Assembly (NCBI GenBank): GCA_036172245.1 | Contig: JAYWIR010000055.1 | Coordinates: 558,001 to 622,000 of the forward strand | Length of the DNA: 64,000 bases | Direction: 5' to 3' | Source of the DNA: Raillietiella orientalis | Lineage: Eukaryota | Part shown: positions 1-15,747 of the stretch, piece by piece | Layout of the letters: each line of letters starts with the position of its first letter | Position numbering within the stretch: position 1 is the first letter of the stretch | The notes under the pieces: model-generated | Databases searched by the model: none | Seen by the model: only the letters and a program-made list of their open reading frames with translations | Told to the model about the DNA's origin: nothing | Program-made: the position numbers and the translations under genes

Positions 1-3000
1 ATCGGAGAAACGCCGCCTCCAGCAGGTCTCCCGAAGAGTCCTCGGCAGCAGAGGCCATTGCTGTCCCTCGGGGATGCAGGAGCCCAACTGGCAGCGTGGG
101 AGTCCCCCTGAACCCCGCTGGACCTCGAAGGGGGTGGCAGATGGCCATCCTTCCGGAAGACGCACTGCCCCGGGGCACGAGAGCAAGCGGTGAGTCCCCT
201 CGGAGGCACTGGAGGTCTTCCGCTGGTGCCCGAGCAGTCCGACCGCCCCTTCCCTGGGCGGCGGTGCTCTTCCTGCACGGGGTGAGCGGGTCCCACCACT
301 CCACGACGAGGGCAGAAGGCGGCAATTACCCGGAGTGCCACCATGAGGCTCCCTGACGCAGAAAGCTGACGGAATGGCCCTCCCCTTTGTCCCGACGATG
401 TCCCGTCCACCGTGGATAAGGAATCGTCCCAGTGCTCCCCGACCCTTCCCTCTCCCTAAGTCGCCCGAGAGCAGTGGCTTCCTGGCCCGCCCGACATCGT
501 TAATCGACTAGCCGGAGGAGAGAGTGGACACTCCCTGATCCGCGGCAGTGTCCCGTACGGGCTCCGGGACGGAGTTGCAGCTTTCCCTGGAGGTCATGAG
601 ACTGGGCCTCGCGCCCATCATCCTAAAGGGGGTGCGCGACAGGAACACTACCGGGTTCTCCCGCGGCAGCAGCGCCCGAGGCGGTGGGGACGCCGTTAGG
701 ATTGGCAGCGGGGATGAGGGGGGAGGGGGAGGTAATGAGGAAAAGTCACTCCTACGTCGAGGGAGACCTCACCGGCGCAGCGAGCAAAGAAGCAGAAGCG
801 ACTAGAGGTGGGCGGGACCGAGCGACCTGCCCCACCTCCCTCCGTGCCAGAGGGCACCACTGGTGGTTCCCTGTGTCCATCTGGCTTGCCACGGGGCCGA
901 CCTCGGTCTGCACGGAAGGATGCGCCTCTGCGTCCCCTGTTCGGAGATGGAAGAGGTCAAGAAAACACGCTGCTTCCCCGAGCTTCGGATGGCTCCCTTC
1001 CTGCGCAGTCCCCGACGCTCTTTCAGAGCGAGAGAGTTCCCTCTTTTCCAACCCCGTCTCCGCTCCCCGGGAGTGTCCTCCTCCGAGAATCGGCGTGAGC
1101 GAACCGATTTCCTTTTCACCCTGAATCTCTCTCGTGCAGGTGGGAAGCCTCTCCCGCCGACTCCGCCCGAGACGGCAGGCGGCAGCAAACCCTCCCGAGC
1201 GGTACATCCTTCCTCGGTGCTGCTCTCTTTGGGTGCTCGCTCAGACTGCGCCGCCGCCTCCTTTTGCCGCGAGAGTGCTCTGCGCACCTGGCCTGAATTC
1301 CCTTCCCCGACCGGTGCGCTCTCGGACTGACCTTGGTCTCCTCTCCTGGGGGACCACACCCAGGTCCGAATCCTCCATTCTTCGCAGGACTCCTCCTTGG
1401 ACACCGGAAAGATAGGGAGATATACCGCTGCCCCACCATGAAGGAAGAGAAAGGGTCTGTCGCTGGGATTCGCTCGTTCTCCTAGAGAGACACCGGACGG
1501 AAATTTGCGCGTGGGCTTTTCCGTTTCTTCGACCGCAGGCCTCCCCCTACCCCTTTCTCCCCACCGCTGTTGGACCGCGGGGGATCTCTGTCCGTATAGG
1601 CAGAGGAAAAGGTTGTCTTGGCGGTCAGGAGCGGCAGGAGGGCTTGGCCCCGCTTGGGGGCCAAGTGCTCGTCTATCTGCAGGTACCACCCCGTAGTGGC
1701 TCCGCTGGTTTTCCTGTGGATTGCGCGGCCATCCAGAGTTCTCTCCAGCGTGCGCGTCTCGGCTCCACTTTCGCCGGCAGCAATTCGTGCCGCGAGTCCA
1801 TTGACCAAAGGGAGGAAGTCCTGGTTCTTTCCCGTCCGACCGTCCCGTGGTCGGCTGGTGGCGTCATGGGCGGAATCCGACGCCAACGCCTCGGCTGTCA
1901 TCGCTGGCTCTTGAATGGAGAGGTGATGCACGCGCGATCGCAAATGGCAACCCTGGTGTGCTCGCTGCCCGACCTTTGCAGGAAGCCCGGAAGTGGCGTC
2001 ACTCGGCGAGAACACGGGGGCGGAAGAGTTTGCCCCGATGCGCTCCACGCGACGCTCTTTCGCACCCCTATTGACAACCGGACCACACTGCAGCGGGGCA
2101 GCTCCTCTGTTCAGAGCAGCATGGCGGAACCTGCAGAACGCTGAGGAGTATACGGCATCTTCGACAGCAGCCCTGACTGTGTTGGTCTCGGGTGGACGGG
2201 AGGTGCCGCGGCCCTCCAGGGGAGTCTGGAGGGAGGAATCTGGAGCGGTGTAGAGGGTGCGGGGAGGAGCAGGCGCTGAGGTCGTGACATCCGGCGTGCA
2301 GGCGGCATTTGCATCCCTCGCACCCAGAAAGCCGCGCCGTTTGTCGCATGGCAACAAGCGCCATGCGCACGGCTTTGCCCGTGTGACGCTGCATTTACAC
2401 GAGGTATTTGTTTTACATTCGATCACTGACTTATGCTCGGTAAATTATTCTTGAAAAATATCGTTCAACTCTTACAAGTTATTCACCCATTCTATTTCAT
2501 TTGCATGTGCATTCGTTTATACGAGGTGTCTCCTTTTCATTGGATCACTGATTTGTGCTCGACCTTTCGTGTCCCGTTGACGCTTGACAATTCATGTTAT
2601 TCGACAGTTGACTGCAGATGCTCAGTGACCTTCCTGGGTGTGCTTTTGTGTTGTTACCAGCGCAGGAACCCAGCCTGACCAGAAAGCAAATGGCTGCTGA
2701 CCCTCGTCATTCCGGAGGAAGAAGATTCCCAGAAACCTCTTGCGGAAACGTGCGAGCAAAACAAAAGGAGACGAGGCGGAGGCTCGAGGAGATCCGGACG
2801 AGGATAGCACGGATGTTCAGGGTTCCCCCCAGCCTCCTTGTCGATCACAGATGCACAGGTAGGGGGGGACCTTGCGGAGGATGGAGGGAGGAGAAGATCC
2901 CGCTGCAAGGAAGGCTTTGCTCTTTTCGCACGTCGGGCTCGTGGCGCGCGTTCCAGGCTGCTGCTATGCAGCTAATCTCCTCCAGCTACGCGCCTGGGGA

Positions 3001-4825
3001 CCCCGGTCACACCTCTTCGAGGAACCGGAGCCATCGAAACACTCCGTTACGAGCGCGAGGTCTCCGTACTTGCTGGGTTGTCCAAGGGGATCTCTCCATG
3101 CCAGAGGGCAGCAAGTTGACTCCGACAGGTTTTCTGGATTTGCGATGGGGAAGGGGAGGAGGAGGGGAGGGGAGAAGACAGTGCCGCTTTCTTCTCATCC
3201 GGACGCTCAGTGCAGTCGACCGTGTCTGTCTGCCGTGGCCCCCCTGCCCCCGTGGGCAGTCAACGACACGGAAAGTCCGCCGTTGGGGCTCTCTCGATGC
3301 GAGCCAATCACCGCGCTCCTTCTCCTGATCCGAAGACGAGGGAGGAAGAGGGCGCGCTCCGAACGGATTCCTGGCCACCTCTACCCCGGCCTTCCAGACA
3401 AAAGGCGGGGTGGGGGGAATCAGGGCAATCGGAGATCGCCCGGAGATGCCGTGCATGCGCGACATGGGACGCACGCAGGGTTGGCTGGCTATTTTCGTTC
3501 GTCCGGCTCGTCCGCATTCTGGCTCGGCGCCACCACCTCTCCTGCCAGAGCCCTGCCCCCTCCCCGTCGCGAACGGGACGCTTCGCCGCCGCGGGACTCG
3601 GCGAGCGCCTAGGTGAAGGAGCTCCATTCCCCTCGCGAAGCTCCGAACGGGCACGGGGGGGGGAGGAGGACGCCTCCCCGGAGGCGAGGGGCGCAAGAGC
3701 CTCCCGCTCGCCCCTCGTCGCAACCCCTGCGAGGGTCGCTGAGGATGTTCGGAGAGGAGGGAAGCACGGAGACTCCGGCACCACGGTGCCCATTCGGCGG
3801 GCCCGGCGACCCGTAGGGCCGGAAAAGACCTCTTGGGGTCGAAGGCCATCCCGGTGCAGGTGGTCCTCTGCCCATATCGGGATGTCCGGAGCAGAGTCGA
3901 AGCTGCTGGGCGCTCGGTGAGCGCGCGGGTGGAGCTCTTCTTCGGCGCCCACGGAGGGGTGGGCGCCGCCGGTGATCAGGAAGGAGAGGGGTGGCGGTTC
4001 TTTTCCTTCCCGGAGGCTCATCCGATTAGGGAGGCTGTGCTCTTCAAGGGGTCGCTCGTATCCCGGACGGCGGTCCAGTCTCCAAGGTGCTCCCGGGAGA
4101 CGTCCCAGGCGGGAGCGCGCGGAGGCGCAGGAAGCATCCAGGAGCGGGCCTCATCCGGTACTCCCCGTTTCCGGAGCGGGCTAATTCCCCAGCGCCACCG
4201 ACCAGAGGGGATGATGAGGCCAGGAGGGTCGCAGACGAGGAGTGTCGCCCCTCCTTCCCCCGCTCGAGCCTTCCCAGGGCTAAAACTTCGCTCGCCATCC
4301 GATGGAAAGGAGTGGAGAGAGAACCCCCGAGGGCTCCGCCAGCACAGGAGGAGTCTCTCTTTAAAGGTGTCGCTCGCAAGGGGTCTTCCTCGACTTGCCA
4401 GCAACCCTCGGCACCCGTTCCCATCCACCCCTTCCCGTTTCAATGGAGGAGGGGTTTTCCAAAACGGGAAACCCTTCCCTACGTCCTCAGTGACGCGCAC
4501 CCCGATTCAGCGACTCCTCGGTGACCTTCACGGGACGCAAGGTCACCGTGGAATGCACCGCTCTGCCCCTAAGAGCGGGCGATTGGGCGCGGCGGCACTT
4601 CACGTCCTTTCCGAACTGCAAAGGACCCGTCATCTCCTGGAGCCGGACTTGCGACTGGAACTCCGGAGGCTCGCTTTCTGCGGAGTCCCGTCGGCGCCGG
4701 CAACCGACAACCTTCTCGTCTCGGACTTGGTCCATGATGGCAGTCTCCAAAGTCATACAGTTCTTGCACGTACCCGGCGGTGCCGACATGCATGGGTGGA
4801 AGATGATGGTCGCCGCCGACTTCAC
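1..4825 (-). CDS. Probable multi-exon uncharacterised gene (S/P/R/G-rich, disordered), running off the left edge; exon structure unresolved
   Basis: Exon-like minus-strand segments: ~4500-4825 (acceptor GCGTAG|GTGAAG; VKSAATIIFHPCMSAPPGTCKNCMTLETAIMDQVRDEK...) and 3308-4021 (EEELHPRAHRAPSSFDSAPDIPIWAEDHL...). One minus frame is open over 1689-1 apart from stops at 802, 769 and 508, which could sit in short introns. No domain recognised, and GC-rich DNA inflates ORF length. Confidence 0.3.
2394..2561 (+). repeat. Degenerate direct repeat, two ~45-nt similar blocks 122 nt apart
   Basis: TTTACACGAGGT...CATTCGATCACTGACTTATGCTCG (2394-2439) versus TTTATACGAGGT...CATTGGATCACTGATTTGTGCTCG (2516-2561). 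Confidence 0.6.
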
Positions 4826-7800
4826 CTACGCACACGCGGGAAACGCCGTGCTGAAGGAAAGGAGGAAATTCTCCAGCGGAGAGGAAACCGAGTGCGCTTC
4901 TTGCAGGTCCGCTTGTCCCTGAGGGTTGTTTCGCCCCGCCGGAAAGGTCACACAGACCGTGACTACCGCGGCGGGGCAGTCGCGAGGAAGGGGTTCGTGT
5001 GCTGTTCTCCGGTCCACTGGTCATTCGTCGACTCATTCTTTCGCTCTTCAACTTTGCCTGGCTGCCCTTCACACTCCTCCACAGGAGTCTTCCAGGAGAT
5101 TTAAATGCTGCCCCTAGAACTAGAACTGCTGTCTTAAGAACCATGACAACCCATCCAGGCTGCGAAAATACTTTTGAACGGAAACTTTAAGCGCGAGACA
5201 GGAAAAACGAGTCACAAGTAGTGTGAAAGTAGAGGAGAAGAAGAGGAGGAGGAGAGGGAGAAGATGAGGTTCGATCTCGAAGATTCACCTCGCGTCCGGG
5301 AGAGCGCTCCTCCAGCGTCGCTTCCATCCCGAGGTGTCTTTCTCCTCCACCTACCTCCATCTCCACGCGCTGCTTTCCATTTTGTCGCCCCCATTCCACA
5401 CCTGCGAGGGCATCCGCTCGCCGACGCAGGGAGAGCAGTGTCTCCGGAACGAGACGTGGCTGCGCCCTCTCCCTGTGGCATCAGCCGCTCACGGGGTCCA
5501 CTGACCGATGGAAGCATTTGATACGCGGCAGCGGACAGAGAAAATGCTGCGGACAGCCGTCGCCGGAGCTCAGTTTCGGGCAGAACACACGCCGCGCACC
5601 AAATCCCGAGGTGTTCTCTGGCATTCGGGTTCGGAAAGGACTCCCTGGCCACTTGCCCTCTTGGGATCTGTTCAGGAGAGTTGCCATCCAGCGTTTCATC
5701 GCCCGGGTCTCGCAGCCTGAAGCGTAGGAAGTGCTGATGCTTTCGACGGTTTGACGGATGCAAAAACGTGTGCCCTGATGAAGCCCGCCGTGAGAAGAAC
5801 GGAGGAGTGCGGTGTGCCAAGACGGTGAATCACGCAGGAGGAAAACTCGGAGGCGGTCAATGTGGAGCTTGGGAACCGAGAATCGGGAGGAGCGTCGGGT
5901 ACCTACCAGAGGGACACTGCGTGCCTTCCGATGCCCCATAATTGTCCCCTCGAGAGTGTGCAGGAAGAGGCTAAGCATACGCTTGGCGAAAGGGGGCGCG
6001 ATTGTGAGCGAAGCATGACAAACAGGTCACCATCCCTCGAAAGGCGTCACAGCCTGAGCGCCTGGTTCCTTTGGAAGAAAAGTCGTCCACCGTCTCCGAT
6101 GCACGCAGGCATGCCTTTGAGCAGCATGCATCTTCTTCGCCTTGGCAGTCGCCCAGGAAACGAGGTCAGCTGAGATGCGCGTGCAGACGCCTATCTCGAT
6201 TGCAGGATGCTGGTTCAAACTTGGCTCTTATCTAGGTACTCCGGAACGATGTTTATACCAAAATCTCGAAAAGAACTCTAGGAATGCGGGCTCTCTGCCA
6301 ATTGTACACGTGCGGCACTTGAACCGTACGTTCCTCACAGAGTATTCTTTACGCATGCACCATGCCAGCAGGAATCTTCATCATCTGAGAGTGCCAGTGC
6401 GAGTCGCAAGGTCATGCGAAATTATTTTCTCAGTACCCGATGGTTCTAGAAGCGAGCAGGTATAGGAACACACGGAGAAAATGGCGGAACGCTCCGTTCT
6501 TACGTGCTGCAGGTTGTGTTCTCGGATGGGTATACATCGTGGTACTTCCAAAGACTATTGAAGAATCCGTACCCGACCCGATTTGGAAAGCCCTTGCTTG
6601 ACTGAGATGGCTACATCAGCATGCATGGAGCAAGAATTCGCTCATCGTGGCATTTCTTTTCTTTTCTTTCCCCCCTCCCCCTTTCTCCTCCCCCCATCCC
6701 GTGCCCGTTTTTCCACGGCTAGAGCTCACTGTACATTAAACGCAGATCTCTTCACCAGGAGAAATCGGACATCGAGAAGACTTTGTCGAATTCTTTTCCT
6801 CCCTGCTCCACCCATTGGGACTCGGAACGAGAGAGATCTGGCATCCCTGTCCGTGATGGATAGATTGCATGCGATCAGTTCGCGTTGCCTTACAGAAAAC
6901 CATCACGCCTTGAGGGTTCCCGTAACCGAGGAATCTTGGAAAGCCGCAAACGTTTCGTGCCCAACGACACGCCTAACGCGATCGCAGATCAGTCATGGGA
7001 AAAGAAGAGCTGACGTTTCGACTTGCGCTTTCTCTTTTTTCGTCGGATTCGAATCAGAGAGTCAGTTCTTTTCACGGAGTCCAAGTGAACAAAGGGGAGA
7101 AGAGCCGAAAGCTCTCGGGTCCCGAACCTCTTTTTCAACTTCCAGGCATCAGCGTCAGCATCTGGCAAGCACGGGGAGTTTCAAACTGCGGCTCGTGCCG
7201 CGAATGGGCCGGGAGAGCGCTGCAGTGTAGTGCCCAGGAATGCGAAGGGTGCTTGGGGACAACGCCTGTGCAGGCACGTGCGGGTGCGGGAACGCCAGCA
7301 GTTTGTCCCGGCGTACATGGAATATGCGGATTCAGTACTTACACCTGCAGAGCGTGCCCGCGTGAGAAAGCAGGAAGACGCACGGCACCGGCGGAACCAC
7401 CGCAGCCGCGATCCGTGCACATCCCAGCTGGAGAACTCTCCCACTCGCTCGTCGCAGGTGGACCCTAAGAGGGCGCCGTGGTCCTCTGGGGTCAGCGGCC
7501 GAGCACGGGTCCAGCGAAGAGAAAGGCCGAAACGAAGTTCCTTTCTCGAAGGATCACTTCCCGTGGCCCCAAAGCACCGGGGGGTGCTCAGAATGGACGC
7601 TCGGAATCCGCATCAGGAGTGCATAAGATGATGCATCGCACCCGACCTCGGGATTCTGGACGCAAGCGTTGCCAGGAGCCTGAACAGAACGCTGCACATG
7701 CGCAATTCCTGGCTCGGGTGAAACTCCACACGTGGCAGAAACACGCGAGTGCCTCCGTAATCTCACTTAACGGCCCTGGCAGAACGTAACCAAAAACAAA

Positions 7801-10800
7801 AATGGAATGTTTGCATTCCTCGCTCTCTCCTCTTCGATCCACAAGAGCAGGTTGCAGTTTCGTGGTCAAAGAAGAGAAGGCCGGTCCGGATTCGTCGTTG
7901 ACGCCGGACTTTCCCGTGTCCGGAGAGCACGAGCACTTTCCGATCAGAGATGGTAAAAGGTTGGATGCTCGTTCGGTCGGACAGCAGCGCCGACGAAGGG
8001 AGCCCAGAGGGGGTGATTTCCGGAAAGAATGCGGGGCATCCGAACAGGACCTCTGTATGAGTGTCGTCTACTGCATGACGGGAAGAGTAGCGAGGCAAAA
8101 AGTGGATCAAACTGCCGCCCGGATTTTTCATGAGCTCTAAATGACCATCCAAGGCTTGTTCGAAAACGTTGATCGTCGAAACGCACCACTCTATGCTTTG
8201 CACGGGCGTGCAACCGGCCCAATCCTCGCAGATGGAATGGATCTCGCCGAGAGCGTCTTACAAACAGCGAAGAGAAAAGAAAAGAAAAGGAAAGGAAAAA
8301 AAAAAAAAGGGGGGGGGGGGACGGATGGGAGGGTAGACATCTTTGCTTTTTCATCTGGAACGGGCAACGTTTTCCCCAATTGCAAGTTCGTCTTTCAACC
8401 CTGCCTTTCAACCGCGGACCCTGGTCACCCTGATGGCAGCGCAGCGAGGAGCAGCCATTCCCCGACGATCCATCTTGCCGCAGCGGCAAGCCGGGAAGAT
8501 GACTCGAATTCCTTTCGGTCCCCGCCACGCTCATAAGAGTGGGGTAATGCAAGAGCGAGGCACGGGAAAAACCGGGAACAGAATCGGACTTGCAATGCCA
8601 TTCCTGTGAAGAAACTTTGCAGAGACGTAGCGAAGCAGACTGACGCTCGTGGTTTTTCACGGGCGTCGCGTTCGGAAACGTCAACGTGATCGATTTCTTG
8701 AAGTGCGAAAGCTGATGGATGTGAACAGATCAATCCGTTGAATACGGCGGAAAGGATGGGAGGAATCAAAGACAAAAGCGTTTCCACGGTTAGCAAGAGG
8801 ATCACGTAAGGTGATGATGGCATCGAATCGATCAGGACCGAAGCACTCTGAATGGGAAGCTCAAGGGTGTGCGGCCGCTTCCTGTGTTCGTCATCAAATG
8901 GGCAGCAGGGGCTCCCACGGCATCGCGAGGAAAAGGGCCGCTCAAACGGTGGATGACCACAGAATCCCTGAATTCGAGATGTTTCAAAACACTAATGGTC
9001 AGCGGTGCGCGTCACGGTGGAACACCGTTCCCTTTGATTCAAGGTGTTGGAGGGTCGCTCGGTGAAAACATCGGGATGCAGTGGAGAAAATCAGTCCAGC
9101 AGCGGAACTGATTCGCCCCATAAGCCGAGTGCATGGAAAAACTGAATTTATGGAAGGACTGCATTTACAGAAGAGTGGTTCAACTTCATTTCTCGTGGTG
9201 AACGGAACCCAACGAGTGTCAATTTACAGTGGGGATTTAAGCGATGCAGAGAACATCCCAACATTTGGAGTTGATGACTTCTACGAATGATCAAATTATT
9301 CACGGGAAAAGGTTGATTAGCCAAGGGATATGAGCAGACTCGAATGTTTACTGAGCATGTTCCATAAATCTGAAATGTTTCTAGCCCTGACGGAAGCACT
9401 TTATGAATTTTCATTTGTCTTCACAATCGCCAGCACAGACCAAGTTTCAAATTAGGATGGAGTGCCTCTGTGTCAAACACGGCATCAGTTTAAGTGGATG
9501 TAAAGAGTAACAGTGGAAGATAGTTGGGAAGGGAGAGAGTACGAAAACACGGAATTAGTAAAAAAAAAAAAAAAAAAAAATTCCTTACTCCAAGGATATC
9601 CGGACCCAACTCACTAAACCAACTTGTGCTTCCCAGTATGAAGAATGATTTCTGTAGCGAGAGAAACAAAGTAAGTAAATGTACGATGTGTACTGAGCAC
9701 CTAAAATGAAGATCAGCTCACGTGGCATCGCTGCCGGCGTTCCGTACTTCACTGAGTCAACTTCAGAGAGCTGTACAAACAGATTCCGTATGCCGATGCC
9801 GCTACATACATTCGAAGAACAATTCCATAGGAAAAACATGGAAAAGGGGGATTGTCGGAGAATGCAGGGGAAAAAATTGCTAAACTTTGTTGTCAACAGA
9901 AGCACATTCTATCCGTCTAAAACGAATGTGCCTCTTAATGTGTAATTGAAGGTGGTGCAAGGATGTGCTGTTAAACAAGCTGCAGTTTCCCTGAACAAGG
10001 AAAAGGAATAACACACGATCTCTTCTTATACACCATCAAGTTGTAAATCCAAGCTCCTGATGACGTTTTTTTTTTAAAAAAAAAAGATTTCTCATTTTTG
10101 TGCTTTTGTCGGGAACTTTATAATTTAAATCAAAACTAGAATCACCCCATAAATGTAGAGTGAAAAATGCAGACATGGCCGACAAGCCATAATCCGTAGA
10201 GAAGGACGACGGGGAGAGTTGTGAAACAGCAGTTGGTTTCAGCAGTTGGTATTTTATGAAAGGCGTCATTTTGTATCGTTGAAAGAAACACAAAAAGTGC
10301 GATGGAGTTTGAAAACTTTGCCAATTCATTGACTGTGATGATTGTGGCATGCAAGACCCTCAACAGACCTGATAACATGTGGGATTCCGACTACGTTCTG
10401 TTTCTTTTTTTTTTTTCATAAAGGCAAATAAATGCAGAATGTGATTTTGTCCGTAGCATCGATATCTCATAAGTAGGAATCTCACAGGAAAAAACAAAAA
10501 CAAAAATCTCGATGTGCTGCATGCTATTAGAACTGGTGTGTAGTGATGTGTCATCACCAGTTGCCAATAGGAGATAAAAGACAAATGATGTGGAATCTCA
10601 TTCCTCACGATAAGTCATTTTTGTAAAGAAATAAAACAAACAAACAAACAAACAGAACATGATTTGCTGCATAAAAAATTCGTTTGGATCGAAATATTTT
10701 CCTTCTGCCTTTTCAAGATAGGAAAAGTATTTGAACAAGACTGCGGTCTTTAGAAAAGGAAAGGAAGAAAAAAAAAAAAAAAAGAAGAAGCATTTTGTTT

Positions 10801-10879
10801 GAATCGAAACCGTCTTCTTCTTTATACCACATAGGAGGGAAATGCCACTCGACGGGGCTGTACGGAAGCATTCGTACCT

Positions 10880-11243
10880 TCACCCACAAATGCCATGAAA
10901 TCTGCATGGGAAAGTTGTGTGTACAAAGTTGGATGTGTCATACTTGCAGCAGCAATGGATGGAGTTTTGCAGGGAAATTGTTTCCAGAATGCTGCGTAGA
11001 TCTGTGCCGAGTCGAAGGAGTACGTACAGAGTCAAACGACTGTACAGATCACTGGCGTGTGGCAGCACGGTGGGCAAAGATTATTATTATTATTACTTAC
11101 TCTGTTGCACCGACAATTGAGTCCGTGGCAAGCATGAACGTGTCATCAAATATCAGCTGTCGCAATGCAATGTCGCATTTTATTATTGGAAGCAGAGGTA
11201 CACCTTTTGTTACGGTTGTACAGTCACTGCCGATGTTGAGCAT
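10880..11243 (-). CDS. Candidate spliced small ORF (86 aa) or lncRNA divergent from DCAF8
   Basis: Three canonical short introns: 11297-11258 (40 nt), 11100-11040 (61 nt, GTAAGT donor) and 10943-10902 (42 nt). Exons 11243-11101, 11039-10944 and 10901-10880 join in frame (MLNIGSDC...IHCCCKFHGICG*). No recognisable family. Confidence 0.3.
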
Positions 11244-11934
11244 ACCCAGGAAGATTGCTGTGGCATTAGAAATGGATGTGTGCCGTCAGCGATTTACGCA
11301 TTTATCTTTGATGCATCCTGAGATCGTTTCCTTGCCGATCTTGCACCACCGACCGTAGTTCAATTCGTGCCTATTGAGTGTTCGGTTGTTTTTCTGGTGC
11401 ATATGGAGTGGTGTTCGGGAAAGTGGCTGGGGGTTGTGTCCCGAAGACCAGCAGGGTGATGTGGTGGCCTTTAATGAGTGTCGCGAGATCGGTTGAAGCT
11501 CTTGGTCATTTGCATGCTGCAACTGCAGCAAATCGCAGGATTGCTAAGAAATCGTTTTCCGTCGCGGCTGTGCGTTGTGACTTTTCACTTGCATTTGAAA
11601 ATCACGTTAAAATTCGTAAGCTTACGAACTTGTTCCGCCGAATAATAGCACTCTTTGGCGATTTTGTGTCTGAAACTTGTTTCTAACCCGAAAATGCCTT
11701 TTTGTTTTTTTTGTTTTTTTTTTTTTTTTACTAGAATTGCCATCTGTTTTGTTGCATTTTCTCTAACCAAGTATTTATGTTTTGCATTAATTTTTTATCC
11801 AACCCAAAGGATTAAATCGGTTCTTCAAAATGTCATGCAAAAGTATCATTTCATCATGGTAGCATAGAATCATGAATCTACTGAACCATGCACTTGTGTA
11901 AATCGGTGAATGTTTTGAGTCCACAAGAACAATA

Positions 11935-14503
<2,569 letters not shown>

Positions 14504-14505
14504 TT

Positions 14506-14511
14506 TTTATT
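14506..14511 (-). terminator. Putative polyadenylation signal (AATAAA) of TMEM147
   Basis: TTTATT on + at 14506-14511, ~160 nt past the TMEM147 stop and immediately after the DCAF8 stop codon. Confidence 0.5.
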
Positions 14512-14641
14512 TGGAGCACCTTCGTGCAAACCACCTTCAACTTACTGGAGGAATGCCTGTTGTTCCATGGTCCTCCCCTAGTTTTTGAGCTTGCTGCCAA
14601 AGCTAGTTCCAGATTGCTTTGATAGACAGCATTTCATTTTA

Positions 14642-14647
14642 AATAAA
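14642..14647 (+). terminator. Putative polyadenylation signal (AATAAA) of DCAF8
   Basis: AATAAA ~140 nt after the DCAF8 stop and 24 nt before the TMEM147 stop codon. Confidence 0.55.
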
Positions 14648-14671
14648 AGTTTGCTAACTGGTGGGCGCCTT

Positions 14672-15747
14672 TCATAAGGATATCGTGGTATATAATTGTA
14701 ATGTGATGAGCCCTGTGCATAAAGTGAGAAAAGCTTTGAAGACGAGCTTCATCCAAACAGTAGTAGCAAACTGATGAGCCAAGCAGTCCATCAGAAGTGG
14801 TTTGTACACACCAACAATAAACAAAGTTATAATCACAGGTTTCAACGAACGATTCATATCATTTCTGAGGCATAACCACATCAAGGTAGCTGTAATAATA
14901 TGCTGTGACTGCAACAAATGGAGGTTCATACTTTCATAATAAATCAAAGGACACTAACTAGGCAGATGTTGGAGTCAAAGCTCATCTGGATATATTTCCA
15001 ATCAAATTCAGCACCTCGGGCTCCAGTCCATAAAGGAATAAATCTCGATGAAATCAGTTCAGCTGCAGCCCAACCTATTCCTGTCACCAAAATTTTCGTG
15101 TCACCTTTTCTTGCTATTTGTGTCATAATAAAATAAAACCCCAGTAGATCTGCTAGATCAACACTAGCTTTCAAAAACTCCTAATAAACAATTTTATTCG
15201 ATAAAACACAAACAGAATTATATTAGCTTATACCTCAGAGAAATTGCTATCATTCACCGTGTGACTCTCTGAAGAGGGCAAAAACGTCGCCAAATATAGC
15301 ATCTTGATTAACTGAGTAAACATATATACTAATCCAGCCTGCACGCATTTCCAGAATACTCCATATTCCGATCTAACAGTTTTCACAGCATTAGTTCATC
15401 AATGGCATTAATAATTCACAAAAATCAAGATAAATGTTTGTTCCAGAACAATGTTTCAAGTTATCACACACACGCGTTTCAGAAGAACTGCAGACGTTTG
15501 ACATAAACCGCATAAATAGAATAATTTGAAATGATCCTTCAAGTACATTCATGCAAACATCATCAGCAAACTATTTCAACATTTTACATTGTTCAAAGCA
15601 TCAGTTATCTTCCATTATGCATTAATACATTCAGCTCTGTTTGTTGAAATCAACTATGTAATTCACTTACAGTCCAGCATGTCTGTAAATAAGAACATAC
15701 GGAACACACGAAAGAATACAACAGTTCCCCAGATGGTAAAAAGTCAT
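14672..15747 (-). CDS. TMEM147: Transmembrane protein 147 (BOS complex subunit), 4 exons, ~224 aa
   Basis: Exons 15747-15671, 15372-15234, 15180-14959 and 14908-14672 (introns 298, 53, 50 nt) give [39 protein letters not shown]...KMLYLATF...[14 protein letters not shown]...[37 protein letters not shown], the characteristic TMEM147 sequence. Confidence 0.95.

Noticed and set aside
15479..15566. Possible C/D snoRNA in TMEM147 intron 1
   Set aside because: Imperfect C box, weak terminal stem, and the 9-nt 5.8S-like complement does not fit the D+5 rule for a known site.
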